DNA of 63,880 nucleotides, the filler included, from Candidatus Hydrogenedentota bacterium (GTDB lineage: Bacteria > JBFMHD01): assembly GCA_040752395.1 (NCBI GenBank). It is 6 parts of 6 records of this genome, joined end to end, with 100 filler letters (N's around TTAATTAATTAA, not from the genome) between each part and the next. Parts side by side here need not be neighbours in the genome. Positions count along the whole stretch, not along the records: positions 56,344 to 63,880 come from JBFMHD010000134.1; 5 more parts are not named here. One strand, 5' to 3'. The notes beneath the pieces are model-generated. The model saw nothing but the letters and a program-made list of their open reading frames with translations, was not told the origin of the DNA and made no database searches. The position numbers and the translations under genes were made by a program. Shown in pieces: positions 62,437-63,880 of the stretch (within the stretch, counting starts at the first letter, position 1; each line of letters opens with the position of its first letter).

Positions 62437-63441
62437 TTATTTTTTAGTTGAACAGAACATATTAGGCCATTCTCTACTCTCTATATGGTTATATAAATAA
62501 GCGTCATTTAAAAATTTAATAACTTCTTCCCGGGTATAGGTATTTTGATACGAATTGATGTACTGGTCATGGTTCATACCCCAGGTCGTACTATCAGATT
62601 TATCATATTTACTCTGAATAAATATTAATCTTGCGATAGGGTATAGTATTTTATATTTATAACAAGGTATACTCAGCCAGGTAAAATAATATACAAATCT
62701 TTCAGGAAATATTGATAATATTTTTCTGATTAACTGGATTAATCTAAGTTTACATAATGTCGTAAATTTCTCAGGAGTTTTATAAAAGCTGCTGACAAAA
62801 TATCCTTCCTGGCGTAATGTTGTCGTAAGAACTTTAGTAGCGAGGCCGGCATTTTTAGTATGTTGAAGCGTCTGTCGGGCCAGCACAAAATCAAAATATC
62901 CATCTTCAAAAGGCGGGTTCATTATATCTGCTCTTACTAAATGAATACCCTCGAATTCCTTTTTATGCAGCATATAATAAACAGATCCGCTAAGATCAAA
63001 TGCCACACAACAGGCAAATTTAAATCTTTTAAATATCAAGCAGTGTCTGCCATTCCCACACCCTGCATCCAATATTTTTTTACCCTCAAACCAATTTTTA
63101 TCCGGTAAACCCCATTCTTGTAATTCTAAATCCAACAGCTCTTTGCTATAATATTTAGAATTTTTTATAAAGTTTTCTTCAGCCCACTGTCTGCCCCACT
63201 GTTTTACGGTTTCAAGTTTTTGAAAACAAGGATCCAGCGTGTCAACCATAAGAGGTATAAAATTTATAATTTTATATTCTTTTTGACATTTTTTACATAT
63301 TAAAATACCTGACTTAATCTCTTTTAATTCGTATATGGTTTCTTTCAAATCCAATTCAGTTTTACATTTTGGGCATCTTAATATTTTAAGCAGTTCCTCT
63401 TTTATAGCTCTACCCTCCTGTTTCTTTGTTATCTTTCTCAT
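62437..63441 (-). CDS. Class I SAM methyltransferase with N-terminal Trm112-like zinc knuckle
   Basis: LRCPKC..CKKC..Y.I..FIP, ILDAGCGNGR, RADI..PF..FD; start placed at the second Met. Confidence 0.85.
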   Translation of the reverse strand: MRKITKKQEGRAIKEELLKILRCPKCKTELDLKETIYELKEIKSGILICKKCQKEYKIINFIPLMVDTLDPCFQKLETVKQWGRQWAEENFIKNSKYYSKELLDLELQEWGLPDKNWFEGKKILDAGCGNGRHCLIFKRFKFACCVAFDLSGSVYYMLHKKEFEGIHLVRADIMNPPFEDGYFDFVLARQTLQHTKNAGLATKVLTTTLRQEGYFVSSFYKTPEKFTTLCKLRLIQLIRKILSIFPERFVYYFTWLSIPCYKYKILYPIARLIFIQSKYDKSDSTTWGMNHDQYINSYQNTYTREEVIKFLNDAYLYNHIESREWPNMFCSTKK

Positions 63442-63811
63442 CCTCTTTACGAGTAAGAACTTCGATTTTATGTTCAAGTAATGCTATTTTCTGGACTATA
63501 TTTTTTATATCATTTTGAACTTTGGATATATGTATAGAAAATTGCAGTGTAATACAGATAAGAAAAACGATACCAAAGAAAAAGACCATACCTGCTGGCG
63601 TCATAAACCCGGTAATTTTACAGATATAAAATAATGATTGAGGGAATAAAGAAATAACAAATATTAAAAAACCAGCTATCAGCCAGATAAAAGAAAGGTC
63701 CTCTCGCATTTTTTTTCTGCGCACAAGGTCAATAATGACAATAAAGATTATAATCGAAACAATAATCGATAAAACCTCTAATTTAAATGTAATTTTATGC
63801 ATATAAATCAT
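63410..63811 (-). CDS. DUF2304-family membrane protein
   Basis: LVRRKK.RE..S..W, three TM helices, SIHISK..IVQKIAL coiled tail. Confidence 0.8.
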   Translation of the reverse strand: MIYMHKITFKLEVLSIIVSIIIFIVIIDLVRRKKMREDLSFIWLIAGFLIFVISLFPQSLFYICKITGFMTPAGMVFFFGIVFLICITLQFSIHISKVQNDIKNIVQKIALLEHKIEVLTRKEDEKDNKETGG

Positions 63812-63880
63812 CTCCTGATTTTCCCTTTTTCATTTCTATGATATCTCCTCTGAAAAACGCTGTAACTCTAATAATTCGGG

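Noticed and set aside
63859-63880. The last 22 nt equal the first 22 nt, suggesting a circular element
   Set aside because: The sequence is a dispersed repeat (reverse copy near 39981-40002), and the window is multi-contig with core chromosomal genes. At most it marks an assembly-graph junction.

Overview
AT-rich bacterial sequence made of six contigs joined by artificial 100-bp N/TTAATTAATTAA linkers (22506, 31289, 39739, 48024, 56244), so genes on opposite sides of a linker are not true neighbours. The organism appears diderm (outer-membrane beta-barrels) and encodes a flagellin; its phylum cannot be assigned from this window. Housekeeping content: rpsL-rpsG-fusA, rng, rpsT, metX, hpt-ftsH-folP, groES-groEL, aspS(3')-phoH-7TM-HD-ybeY and tRNA-Ser(UGA). 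Standout items: (1) a 471-aa unannotated ORF that reads as an archaeo-eukaryotic primase (PriS-like catalytic core) fused to a PriL-like Fe-S C-terminal domain, sitting after a housekeeping operon; (2) an archaeal-type topoisomerase VI operon; (3) repeated pairs of a secreted cargo protein (CBM11-like domains or an S8 protease) with a T9SS-like C-terminal domain followed by a PorV/PorP-like beta-barrel; (4) a dense mosaic of intergenic repeats (7/8-mer tandem arrays, GTAG-REP hairpins, MITEs) that end at Shine-Dalgarno sites and are translated into signal peptides; (5) candidate structured RNAs upstream of rpsL, downstream of tRNA-Ser and in the flagellin leader; (6) an orphan sbnB plus cysteine-synthase-family pair, a Tat-signal radical SAM enzyme and several decaying toxin-antitoxin cassettes. 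All family calls come from reading motifs by eye; no searches were run.
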